From the NCBI GenBank assembly GCA_965207445.1, contig CBDBLX010000002.1:1815849-1879848 (forward strand): DNA of 64,000 nucleotides, in the 5' to 3' direction. The notes beneath the pieces were generated by a model. It was not told the origin of the DNA. It did not search any database and saw only the letters and a program-made list of their open reading frames with translations. The DNA is from Nitrosopumilus sp. GTDB lineage: Archaea; Thermoproteota; Nitrososphaeria; Nitrososphaerales; Nitrosopumilaceae. Each line of letters opens with the position of its first letter. Positions within the stretch are counted from its first letter, which is position 1. Below, piece after piece: positions 1-9,694 of the stretch. A program made the translations under genes and the position numbers.

Positions 1-1
1 T

Positions 2-787
2 AAAAATACTAGTAGCAACATAATAACAACAAAAACAACACATACAAAAGATAACGTAGATAGTAAAATTTCAGGATTCTGGCGCTCAAAACATTACGAC
101 ATGATAACCATATCTACTCCTGCAATATCAGCAGACTGGCTTGAGGAGACAGAGATAGTAAAAGCGGGGGGATATGACGGATTTGTATTCTTATCAAAAC
201 ACTCAGCAGAGTCAGGAATGCTAGCACTAACGTGCCACAGTACAGGGAATTTTACTAGAGCAGATTTTGGAGGAAATGATAAAGAGATAGCAATACCACA
301 TCCACACTTTCAAAAAGCATATCTAAAAAATATTTATAAAAAGAGAGATCAATTCTCAGAGTTTGATATTACAATAGAGGCGACACACCACGGTCCAAGC
401 GCACTTGGCAAACCTACAATATTCGTAGAGATTGGAACCACGCCAAAACAATGGTGTGACGACGCACTATGCTCTAGCATATCTGATATTGTACAAGATA
501 CGCTAATATCAGATATACCACAAAACAGTCCAGTTGCAATATGTTTTGGTAGCACACATTACCCATCAAAGTTTACAAAAGAGTTGTTGCATGGCAAACA
601 TGCTCTTGGAACTGTAATTCCAAAGAGAGCCATACCCCAAATTGACGATGAACTCTTTGCGCATATCATACAACAAAATAGTATGGCAACAGTTGCGCTA
701 CTAGATTGGGGAGGAATAAAGAGCGCAGACAAAAAGAATCTTTGCGATATGCTTTCAACGACAAACTTGAGTATAATTCATATATAA
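2..787 (+). CDS. dtdA: Archaeal D-aminoacyl-tRNA deacylase (5'-partial)
   Basis: Motifs FLSKH, LTCHSTGNF, EATHHGP, FVEIG, FGSTHYP. The frame is open from base 2 to the track ATG at 101, so the gene starts outside the window. Confidence 0.88.
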   Translation, partial: KNTSSNIITTKTTHTKDNVDSKISGFWRSKHYDMITISTPAISADWLEETEIVKAGGYDGFVFLSKHSAESGMLALTCHSTGNFTRADFGGNDKEIAIPHPHFQKAYLKNIYKKRDQFSEFDITIEATHHGPSALGKPTIFVEIGTTPKQWCDDALCSSISDIVQDTLISDIPQNSPVAICFGSTHYPSKFTKELLHGKHALGTVIPKRAIPQIDDELFAHIIQQNSMATVALLDWGGIKSADKKNLCDMLSTTNLSIIHI

Positions 788-803
788 TTATATTCAATGA
801 CAA

Positions 804-1226
804 GTGGCACGAATCATAATGAGTGACAATGATGACAATAATAGTAATGGCTGCAACGGTGGCAATAGTAATAATAACAGCAACAGCAACAGCAACACAA
901 AAAAGGATAATCTTTTGAGTATTACAGAACAAGACCGTCGAGTATACACATTGCTTGCAAAAGTTCCAAAGGGCAAAGTCACGACATACGGAGAGTTGGC
1001 CAAAGCAGCAGGAATCAAAAATGGTCAGCGAGTAATAGGAAAAATTATGAACAAAAATCCATATCCATCAATAATCCCATGTCACAGAGTAGTAAGATCA
1101 ACAGGTCAGATAGGTGGATATGCATATGGTACAGACGTAAAAAACAACATGCTCACAAAAGAAGGAGTCACTATAACAGATGAAAAGATTATCAATATGG
1201 ATAACATTACATACAGATTCAATTAA
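804..1226 (+). CDS. ogt: Methylated-DNA-protein-cysteine methyltransferase (MGMT family) with Asn-rich N-terminal extension
   Basis: VPKGKVTTYGELA and active-site IPCHRVV motifs. Likely start is ATG at 819. Confidence 0.9.
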   Translation: MARIIMSDNDDNNSNGCNGGNSNNNSNSNSNTKKDNLLSITEQDRRVYTLLAKVPKGKVTTYGELAKAAGIKNGQRVIGKIMNKNPYPSIIPCHRVVRSTGQIGGYAYGTDVKNNMLTKEGVTITDEKIINMDNITYRFN

Positions 1227-1573
1227 CTCAAAACACGTTACAGAAAATACCACAGTTATAATCATAACAAGTTTTTTCAAAAAATGCCAATCTTTGAGTA
1301 TTGTGAGTTGACCATACAGTCCTGCAAGTGATATATCCACATGAAAAGTAGGTAAATAGTAGACAGGATGTATAGTAAACAGCAAGCATATCTAGACCCG
1401 CAGTATTATAACACTAGTCCACAAGACATCGTTTGTCATCTACGAGTTCATTTGGTACGGACACCATAGAGTGTCATGTACAGTCATGGGTTTTGTGATT
1501 AGTAGTGTTCATGTGACATACATTCATGCCGTCGTTTGTCCAGGTGGTATCTTTTACATCAGGTATCGTGTCA

Positions 1574-1607
<34 letters not shown>

Positions 1608-1967
1608 TGTCATCACCACCCATCACTAACGCCACCGGAAAAGGTTCGTTGATAATTGACTCATATGCGATACGGCATAACCGGCCCCCGAACTCATCAG
1701 AATCACAATGACAATTATACTATTTTTTAGTGGCGCATCTATGCATAAATTATGTTCATATACATCAAATTCTCCAAATTGGATGGAAAATACATCAACA
1801 ATCTAAACACATTTGGCATACAAATTACCTGAATATGTGATTTGTATACATTCATCAAGCAGTATAAAGATTCAAGATGACAGCAGTCCTACATAAAGTA
1901 CTTAAAAATTAATTTACGTATTCATATTTTTCTTTTTTAAATTATAGTGTGCCAAGCTTATTATATA

Positions 1968-2081
1968 CAATAATAAAATTACATACTTGTATTTGGCTAC
2001 ATCTTTACGGGCATATTAAATATTGTGCATATAGTATATTTAGCTAGGAGTTATTTTTAAATGATCATATCAATCATGGAT
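1968..2081 (+). repeat. Dispersed ~115-bp repeat, copy 1 (copy 2 at 61103-61215)
   Basis: Collinear shared blocks CAATAATAAAAT, ATACTTGTATTT, TATTGTGCAT, GCTAGGAGTTATTTT, AATGAT, TCATGGAT. Confidence 0.75.
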
Positions 2082-2099
2082 TAATTTGCACGAATTATA

Positions 2100-3185
2100 T
2101 TGTGGTGGGGGGGGGGGGGGGGATATGTGAGAGTCACACTCATAACCAGCAGTACTGATGCATTTTTCACTGGGCATCATTATGACAACACCTTGTACGA
2201 GTTTCTAGTGCGCGCGATGCAAGACAACCCCGACATTGACCGTTACGATGTCATGTCAGTAGAATCCGGATACGACGCGTCTCGACTAAAAGACAAAACG
2301 GATGCAATTATTACGAGTGGACTGTTCAACCCCGGAGCCTCCAAAGTACACGGATTAAAGGAACTAGACGTACCTGTCGTCGTGGTTGCCCCGGACCCCC
2401 ACACATCTAAGAGATTTGAGCTAGACCCCCACACATCTAGGAGATTTGAGCTAGAAAAAAAATACGACAAATATGGAGTAGACTGTGTGTTAGGCTTTGC
2501 GCATAAAGGAGAGTTTTACAGATATAACCCGAGCCGCATCAAATACAAGAGTATCCGGTGGGGAGTAGAGCCAAGACACTATAATGACCATCGGCCCTTT
2601 GAGAAAAGGATACGTGAGAGGATTCTAGTATCCGGTGCCTTGGAATGGAGGGCGAATCCGGTTAGACGTGCATGTTCTTCGTGCCTGCGTTACGCACTTG
2701 ATATAGTCAGAAACAAACAGAAGATCCCCCTGCGGAGAAGAGTGTTCAACCCCTCCCGTGACATGGAGTACCACTACAAGCTGCGAAGCGCCTGTAAGAG
2801 ATTACCATATGTTGACCATGAGGTCACCATACGTGGCAACGAATCCGGGGCATATCAGAGGCTTTTATCTAGATACAGAGCCGTGATTGCCGCCACGACA
2901 TGGTATGCAACCATCAAGTACGCAGAAATTCCAGCAGCCGGTTGCATGACATTCATGGAGATCACAGACAGGAATCAGGCGGCAGGCTGGGGGTATGTAG
3001 ATGGCAAAAACTGCATTGCAATAAATGAGGACAACTACAAACAGCGCTTTGAGGAGTACTTGCATGATCCCGACTCTGATAGATACAAACAGATCGCAGA
3101 CGCCGGACGACAGCATGCCATACAGAATTTCAACAACGACAAAGCCGCAGCCGATCTAGTGGCCCTGCTTAGGGACTTGTACTAG
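2100..3185 (+). CDS. Putative GT-B glycosyltransferase (CgeB/GT1-like C-terminus)
   Basis: C-terminal YQRLLSRYRAVIAA...KYAEIPAAGC...GYVDGKNCI...IADAGRQHAIQNF pattern. Visibly more GC-rich than its flanks. Start is TTG 2100 or GTG 2127. Contains a 30-bp internal duplication at 2394-2453. Confidence 0.7.
   Translation: MWWGGGGGYVRVTLITSSTDAFFTGHHYDNTLYEFLVRAMQDNPDIDRYDVMSVESGYDASRLKDKTDAIITSGLFNPGASKVHGLKELDVPVVVVAPDPHTSKRFELDPHTSRRFELEKKYDKYGVDCVLGFAHKGEFYRYNPSRIKYKSIRWGVEPRHYNDHRPFEKRIRERILVSGALEWRANPVRRACSSCLRYALDIVRNKQKIPLRRRVFNPSRDMEYHYKLRSACKRLPYVDHEVTIRGNESGAYQRLLSRYRAVIAATTWYATIKYAEIPAAGCMTFMEITDRNQAAGWGYVDGKNCIAINEDNYKQRFEEYLHDPDSDRYKQIADAGRQHAIQNFNNDKAAADLVALLRDLY
2107..2122 (+). repeat. 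Poly-G tract (G16) at the 5' end of a glycosyltransferase gene
   Basis: Sixteen consecutive G in an otherwise very AT-rich context. Confidence 0.9.
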
Positions 3186-3443
3186 ACAACAACAATCTAC
3201 CGTGGTGAAAAATGGTTATATTGACAAGTTAAACACGCGGGTGCGCATTTTATACACCATAATAATACAATCTTGTGTTGTGTGCATATACTTTATACAT
3301 AATATATTTACATGATGCGTATATAATACATATATACATATATATACATACAATATATTATATAATAAAATTATAATATATTATTATATTAAATAACATC
3401 TACAACTATACAAAAAATATACCGCAAAAATAGAAAATCGTAT

Positions 3444-3911
3444 TTATACATCACGCGTAGAGTCTCTGCGCTCTATAGTCTCTTCAATCAAAGAGCGCAA
3501 GTGTGCCTTGTTTCGCACAGTATTTCCACCTACTTTTTTGTAAAGCATCCAAAATTCTTTATTTGTAATATCCTCACGTGCCTTGGCAATCTTTAAGAGT
3601 TTACGAAGGGCGCGCACCTTTGCCACATATACCTCTTTTTTGCCAACACGTGCGCCCTTTCGCCCTTGTTTTGAGCCTTGCGTTGTACCACGTTTGTTTC
3701 TCTGAGATTTTTTGGTGTGTGCTCTACCCTTTGATGTTCCAGTAAAATGTTTTACAGTTATCGTATTTGCAGTAATTAAACTACGTATCTCATCACGCGT
3801 AATTGCATTTGCAATATCCTCCAAGTGATCCTCAGAAAAACGTATTCTGTGAACACCAACACCAATAACACGAGAGGCAAGTCGTTTTTTTGCCTTTAAA
3901 TTAACTACCAT
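3444..3911 (-). CDS. rpl19e: 50S ribosomal protein L19e
   Basis: KKRLASRVIGVG..RI, AITRDEIRSLI, GSKQGRKGAR motifs. Confidence 0.96.
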   Translation of the reverse strand: MVVNLKAKKRLASRVIGVGVHRIRFSEDHLEDIANAITRDEIRSLITANTITVKHFTGTSKGRAHTKKSQRNKRGTTQGSKQGRKGARVGKKEVYVAKVRALRKLLKIAKAREDITNKEFWMLYKKVGGNTVRNKAHLRSLIEETIERRDSTRDV

Positions 3912-4299
3912 CTGCCTTTATCCTCGCATTGAATATCTTAAACTTTAGAGATATTGCCTTTACAACAATATCTCGACGTTTACGTGTGCCAACGCCATGG
4001 CCTATTCGAACACCATCTTTCTTCGGATCAAGTGAATCCAAATCACGTACATTATACACCAAATTGTCAGTATATCCAGACGGATGCAACCCCGATGCAT
4101 CTCGAGGACCACCATAGCCTATCTTGACTAGTCCAGGTCGTCCTCGGCTCTTTTGCTTTCGTTGATGATTATCAATCCCCTTTGGTTTACGCCATCCAGT
4201 CTCGAGTCGAACATAACGCCAGCTCTCAGGTCGTATAAAATCAGGGTTTTTGTTCTTTTGTATAGATCGCCTCTGCAAGAGACTCTTGTTTATTGGCAT
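3901..4299 (-). CDS. rpl32e: 50S ribosomal protein L32e
   Basis: PDFIRPESWRY, WRKPKGIDN, GLHPSG motifs. Overlaps the rpl19e start. Confidence 0.96.
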   Translation of the reverse strand: MPINKSLLQRRSIQKNKNPDFIRPESWRYVRLETGWRKPKGIDNHQRKQKSRGRPGLVKIGYGGPRDASGLHPSGYTDNLVYNVRDLDSLDPKKDGVRIGHGVGTRKRRDIVVKAISLKFKIFNARIKADGS

Positions 4300-4559
4300 G
4301 TGTGACCTCTAGAATTTTTAAATAAATACGTTGTTAGGGCTAAACTCAAACACGCAAATACATTGCCAAGTAAATTGTACAACACCTAACGCAAACAAAT
4401 ACAGTAACAAAAGTTGTGTTGTGGAGTGGTAAAATTATTTCGAAAATCTCATTATCATTTGACATGTTATATGTAATTATTTTTTTTAATATTATTATAA
4501 TATATTCATTTTTATATTTTATAGAGATCCTTTATAAAACCAATAGATGAGTATTTTAT

Positions 4560-5285
4560 ATGTTAAAGTTAGAAAATATTACATATACGCGCAATAGTAA
4601 TAATATATTAAATAGTATTAATTTAAATATATTAGAAAATGATTTTGTTACAATTGTAGGTCCATCTGGTTGTGGTAAAACTACACTGTTACGAATCATC
4701 GCAGGTTTTGATAAACCAACACAAGGCAAAATAATACATGCACAAAAAGAGGTTACAGGAATAATTGACCAAAGTAGATTAATGGTGTTCCAAGAACATG
4801 CATTATTTTATTGGCTTACTGTTAAAGGTAATATAGAATTTGGACTTAAAACGAAAAAAAATATAACAAAAGATGAACGCGAGTCACTAGTATACGAATA
4901 CCTAAGCATGATAGAGATGGATGGTTTTATTGATTATAATATTTCTGCATTGTCAACAGGGCAAAGAGCTAGAGTGGCTATTGCAAGGGCGCTTATAATG
5001 AACCCAGATATACTACTAATGGATGAGCCGTTTGCAGCATTAGATGCAGAAATGAAAGAAACGTTACAAAATTCATTGCGTTTGTTGTGGCTAAAGACAC
5101 GCAAGACAATTGTATTCATCACACATGACATAGATGAGGCATGTTTGTTAGGTACAAAAGTTATTGTACTGAGTAATAGACCAACTAAAATTCAACAGAT
5201 CTTTCATAATGACAAAGAACTTTTGCGCACACCAGAAGATATTACAGAGATGACAAAAAAGATACGACAGTTATTACACAAGTGA
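4560..5285 (+). CDS. NitT/TauT-family ABC transporter ATP-binding protein
   Basis: Walker A GPSGCGKT, signature LSTGQ, Walker B LLMDEPFAALD, FITHDIDEA. Confidence 0.9.
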   Translation: MLKLENITYTRNSNNILNSINLNILENDFVTIVGPSGCGKTTLLRIIAGFDKPTQGKIIHAQKEVTGIIDQSRLMVFQEHALFYWLTVKGNIEFGLKTKKNITKDERESLVYEYLSMIEMDGFIDYNISALSTGQRARVAIARALIMNPDILLMDEPFAALDAEMKETLQNSLRLLWLKTRKTIVFITHDIDEACLLGTKVIVLSNRPTKIQQIFHNDKELLRTPEDITEMTKKIRQLLHK

Positions 5286-6127
5286 GTCAAATGACCAATA
5301 TTTTTAATAGTATGAATAAATTTAATATTGCAAGTAACAATAATACCATCAATAATAATAATAAAAAAAAACATTATTATAAACATCAAATAGTATTTTA
5401 CGTATCCATAATTGTCATATGGGAAATTATTGCCTCACTTGATGTAATACCTAGCAATGTATTGCCATCCCCACTGGAGATTTTAGATGACATGGTATTT
5501 TTCATTGAAAATGGTACTCTTGTACACGGATTCTTTACAAGTTTGTGGCGCTTGTCTGTAGGGTTGATACTATCAATTATAGGTGGCGTGTTGTTAGGCA
5601 TTTTGTTTGCAAAATCACATATTGCAAACAAAACAGCAGGAGGCCTCATATTAGGATTACAATCGGTCCCATCAATTGCATGGGTTCCCCTAGGCATACT
5701 GTGGTTTGGTTTAACAGACATGGGAATAATATTCATCATTGTGATAGGGGCCATGTTTGCCATCTCAATTAATACCCAAACAGGAATACAAAATCTAAAT
5801 CCTGAAATCGTATATGCGGCGCAAAATTTAGGTAAAAAAAACCCACAGTTTATTTTTGATGTACTGCTACCAGCTAGTTTACCTTATTTGGTTGTAGGAT
5901 TAAGACAGGGCTGGGCATTTGCATGGCGCGGACTTATTGGAGCTGAATTATTGTTTTCATATTTAGGATTAGGTTACATGTTGTATGTAGGTAGATCGCT
6001 TAATGATATATCACAAGTCTTTGCAGTAATGATTATCATAATGGCAATTGGATTTTCAGTTGACATGTTCATCTTTAATCGAATAGAAGGATGGATTAGG
6101 GAAAAATGGGGATTTGATAGCACATAA
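5282..6127 (+). CDS. NitT/TauT-family ABC transporter permease
   Basis: Multiple TM segments, LQSVPSIAWVPL, EAA-like YAAQNLG, WRGLIGAEL. Four-base overlap with the ATPase gene. Confidence 0.9.
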   Translation: MSQMTNIFNSMNKFNIASNNNTINNNNKKKHYYKHQIVFYVSIIVIWEIIASLDVIPSNVLPSPLEILDDMVFFIENGTLVHGFFTSLWRLSVGLILSIIGGVLLGILFAKSHIANKTAGGLILGLQSVPSIAWVPLGILWFGLTDMGIIFIIVIGAMFAISINTQTGIQNLNPEIVYAAQNLGKKNPQFIFDVLLPASLPYLVVGLRQGWAFAWRGLIGAELLFSYLGLGYMLYVGRSLNDISQVFAVMIIIMAIGFSVDMFIFNRIEGWIREKWGFDST

Positions 6128-6362
6128 CAAAAAAAGTAAAGTGTACAAAAAGTAATCATACATTATAAATTCTCAATATACAAAAATGTGACGGGTGCAT
6201 CTCTGATTTATCGTGCATGTTGCAAATGCTTTTGTGTTAATTGTGAGTAGTTAAATGAAAATGTGACTTGAGATTTTTACAAAGGGATGTAAATTAAAAA
6301 GCGATGCTCAATTTCACTTGGTCTATTTTTGTTACAAGAATTTAATGTCTATGGATTGAAAC

Positions 6363-8887
6363 GTAAGCGTTCAGGTCTAATTATTGATGATCATAAATAG
6401 GCACGCGTGTTCCGACCACATAGCACATAGCACGATATTAAATACACAGATAACATTTATAAGGAGATATCGCTATTTGTCATTGTCGAACAAAAATGAC
6501 AAATAGAAACATCAACAATGCAATATTGCACAATGGGAATTTAACCATGATACATGCGATCAGATGGGAGGTGCAAGTGTGATGCCTTTAGAGATTGATC
6601 GCATACGTGCCGAAAGAGATGCGGCGTACCGCACGATTGGTGAATTAAACGACAAGGTTGTAGGATTGTCTGATACGATTGGCTATATGAAAGAGAGAGA
6701 TGTTGCATTAAATCAAGACATGGTTCGTTTGCGCAATGATAATGCAAAGTTAAATCAAGAAAAGACAGCAGTTGAGAATTTGTTCAAGAGTGCAATGGAG
6801 GTGGTGGTGGAGACCATATTAGGTCTTGTAGCAAAAATTCAAAACAAAGACGAGTTGGCAGAGAGATTAAAGGTAGAATTATCAGGACTGCAACAAAAAT
6901 TTGCAATAGAATATGGATATAATGGCAGTCCATCCAAATCCAAGCCATATGGTGACAAACGTGCAAAGTTTCAAAAAGAACTTGCAACTCACCTGACCAA
7001 AAAGCGTAACGAGTCTGTGAGCAGCAGTGACACGAACAGTGGGGATGTGACAAGTGAGGATAGCGATCTGTTACAAAAACTGCCAAAAAACCCCGGAGGC
7101 CAACCAGGTCATGTTGGCAAGTCACGTGAGGGCAAGTGCGAGAAGACCATACTTTTTAAAGTTGGATTGAGTGCATGTTGTGGCAGAGCAGACATGATTC
7201 AGGGTTCGTGTGTGCGCAAAAGAGTGTTTGGCCAAGATGTCGATGGAGTATGGCGTACTCTGATGTACGTGTGGTATCATGAAATATGCCCACAATGCGG
7301 TCAAGAATACGTACCTGATACAGATGCCATCAGCGGATCTGCATTTTTGGTAAATGAGCGTGCATTGATAAACATGTACAACAACGGCGGCACTAGTGTA
7401 CGTACTGCACAAGGTTACATCAAAGATAGAGAACACCTGCACATATCGATCGGTGCCATGTCAAACTGCGTCAGTGCAACTGCAAATTTAGTTGATAGTC
7501 GAATTATACACTCGCCAATTGAAAAACCACTTGTAATCGATGAAGATGACTTGCGTATATGTCGGATGCCTATTGAGCCTGCAGGCGGTTGGAAAGTGGG
7601 CAAGGGTGCAGACATTTTAGATGATTATGATGCAGATGACCGTACTAGAGAGAACACGTATGCACAAAGCGAGGCACTACAAACTCGTTACAGTACAGTC
7701 TGGACATCATCTGTCACACAACCCCAAAACGTGCATATCATGGAAGTGGCATCCATGCAGCCATACAGTAAAAGCGACGAGTCACCGCACAAAGTCAAAA
7801 AAGACAACATACAGATGCTAACTGCCAATACAAACAAAACAGAGCATTACAAGGCAGTAGAACACAAGTATACAGCTGAGATGCAGATGTTTCTAGAGTG
7901 GGGCACAAACAGACCAAATGTTCGTGACGGATACCAAGGATACTCTTGGCACAACTTTGATTTTCAACGATGTACAGTACACATATCGCGCAAAGTAGAA
8001 GATGCTGCAATGGACAATGAGTTTGATTCTCCAGAATGCACCAGACACATACTTCTCAGTGAGATATTTGCAGATGCCAAAACAAGTGCAAAATCATTCA
8101 CCGCATATGCCGGGGGCCCAATGCAGAGCGCATGTGACCTAAACATCATAAAAGAAAAAGGATTGGATCAATCCGTACAACAAACAATAGCCCAACTCTT
8201 GGCAAAATATGACAAAGCATCAAACATGATAGAGGACACGGCTGCCACTACACTGAAAAATGCAAGAGAAAATGTATTTACAGGCATCAAATACCCCGGA
8301 GTCCCACTACACAACAATGACACAGAGCATAATGTACGTGATGTCCTTGTGTCCAAAAGCAAAAGAAAAGGACCATTTCCAAACTGGACTGCAGCACGCA
8401 ACTTTGGCAGACTGCAGACATTCTTTAGAACTTGTAGAAAAAACGGAACATCTGCATATGACGCGATCATCAAAATGTCTGCAGATAAGTCTTGGGACAT
8501 CTTCACCTCTGGAATACCTCCGCCGATAATGATAAACACCAAGCAATCTACTGAAGACAGTATACGTCCGTAACTATCAAAGTATGATTGCAAGGAATTC
8601 CACGGTTTCATGCGGACTCTACGTTGCCGCACGACATGTCATAATATGACTAAATAACAAAAATTTATTCATCTCCATGGTCAACTTACCTGCATCATTT
8701 AATCACAACACCTAAAGTTTGACATCATATCAACTGCTAAAACTTACATGGCTCACAATTCGGTTTATCGCACCCATCACCTTACATCTAGACACACTCG
8801 ATTCTGGATTATCCTCTGTGATATCATTAATTGACCCGTGCTGGCGTGCCTGCTTATGATCATCAATAATTAGACCTGAACGCTTAC
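6363..8887 (+). mobile_element. IS66-family (single-ORF, ISBst12-like) insertion sequence
   Basis: 44-bp terminal inverted repeats starting GTAAGCGTTCAGGTCTAATTATTGATGATCATAA (42/44 identical) enclosing an IS66-type transposase. No target duplication seen. Confidence 0.88.
6564..8573 (+). CDS. IS66-family transposase
   Basis: N-terminal coiled coil, PGGQPGH, Cys pairs, DE, RDGYQGY, QRCTVHISR, HNNDTEHNVR. Confidence 0.85.
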   Translation: MGGASVMPLEIDRIRAERDAAYRTIGELNDKVVGLSDTIGYMKERDVALNQDMVRLRNDNAKLNQEKTAVENLFKSAMEVVVETILGLVAKIQNKDELAERLKVELSGLQQKFAIEYGYNGSPSKSKPYGDKRAKFQKELATHLTKKRNESVSSSDTNSGDVTSEDSDLLQKLPKNPGGQPGHVGKSREGKCEKTILFKVGLSACCGRADMIQGSCVRKRVFGQDVDGVWRTLMYVWYHEICPQCGQEYVPDTDAISGSAFLVNERALINMYNNGGTSVRTAQGYIKDREHLHISIGAMSNCVSATANLVDSRIIHSPIEKPLVIDEDDLRICRMPIEPAGGWKVGKGADILDDYDADDRTRENTYAQSEALQTRYSTVWTSSVTQPQNVHIMEVASMQPYSKSDESPHKVKKDNIQMLTANTNKTEHYKAVEHKYTAEMQMFLEWGTNRPNVRDGYQGYSWHNFDFQRCTVHISRKVEDAAMDNEFDSPECTRHILLSEIFADAKTSAKSFTAYAGGPMQSACDLNIIKEKGLDQSVQQTIAQLLAKYDKASNMIEDTAATTLKNARENVFTGIKYPGVPLHNNDTEHNVRDVLVSKSKRKGPFPNWTAARNFGRLQTFFRTCRKNGTSAYDAIIKMSADKSWDIFTSGIPPPIMINTKQSTEDSIRP

Positions 8888-9694
8888 TGTTTATCATATC
8901 ATACTGTATTTATCATATCATACTGTATGAGCAATTATCTCTGAATCAAAAGTGTAAAAATGAGAATAGGGAAGATGTGCCATTTTCATCATGTTAATAA
9001 TCTGCAAAAAATATTATAAATTTTTTAAACTTTGTCATAATATGAACTATAAGAGCATATAATCTTGTCAAATTTTAAAATTACAAGTGTTACTAGAGTG
9101 ATGTTTGAAAGTACAAACACATCTTACAAGATCATATTTCAAGTGGTGCTATATAAAATGATATTTTAGATGATGTTTGTAATATCTTATGAATTACAAT
9201 GCAGATCAGAGATCACGTTTGTTTTTAATGCTAAACATTGATTATCAAAAATGATTATATTTATAATGCTCCAAGTTGCACATATCAAGGCAAATATGAT
9301 TTTGATAAAGAAAAAGATCATAAATTCAAAGTATGATAAGAAACACCAACGCTCATAAAAAAGAAAAGATTGTAAATATGACTCGAATCTTTTTTGTTAA
9401 AAGGATAATCACATGATAGGATCCGTTAATTTGTTTGATAGTTTGGCAAACATGAAAAGACACACGCAGAAATCTTGGGATATGTGTGCCTGAGATATAC
9501 GCAACATAATACACAAAATACTCAATTTGTGTGAGTCTTGCTAGCTAAAATTTTACAATTAACAAAAGATAATAAGGAAATGCAAAGGGAATCGAATCAT
9601 CTTGAATGCAAGTGGTATAGTAATGAGTTTGGTGTACAGAACATACACATTATACGAATACAACATTGCAATTAACAGGCGGAGTTGAGTACAT

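Noticed and set aside
8930..9690. Hidden genes or RNAs in long intergenic tracts (also 1230-1950, 27120-27630, 46570-47130, 62570-63140)
   Set aside because: Only short broken frames and AT-rich sequence. Nothing I can support by eye.
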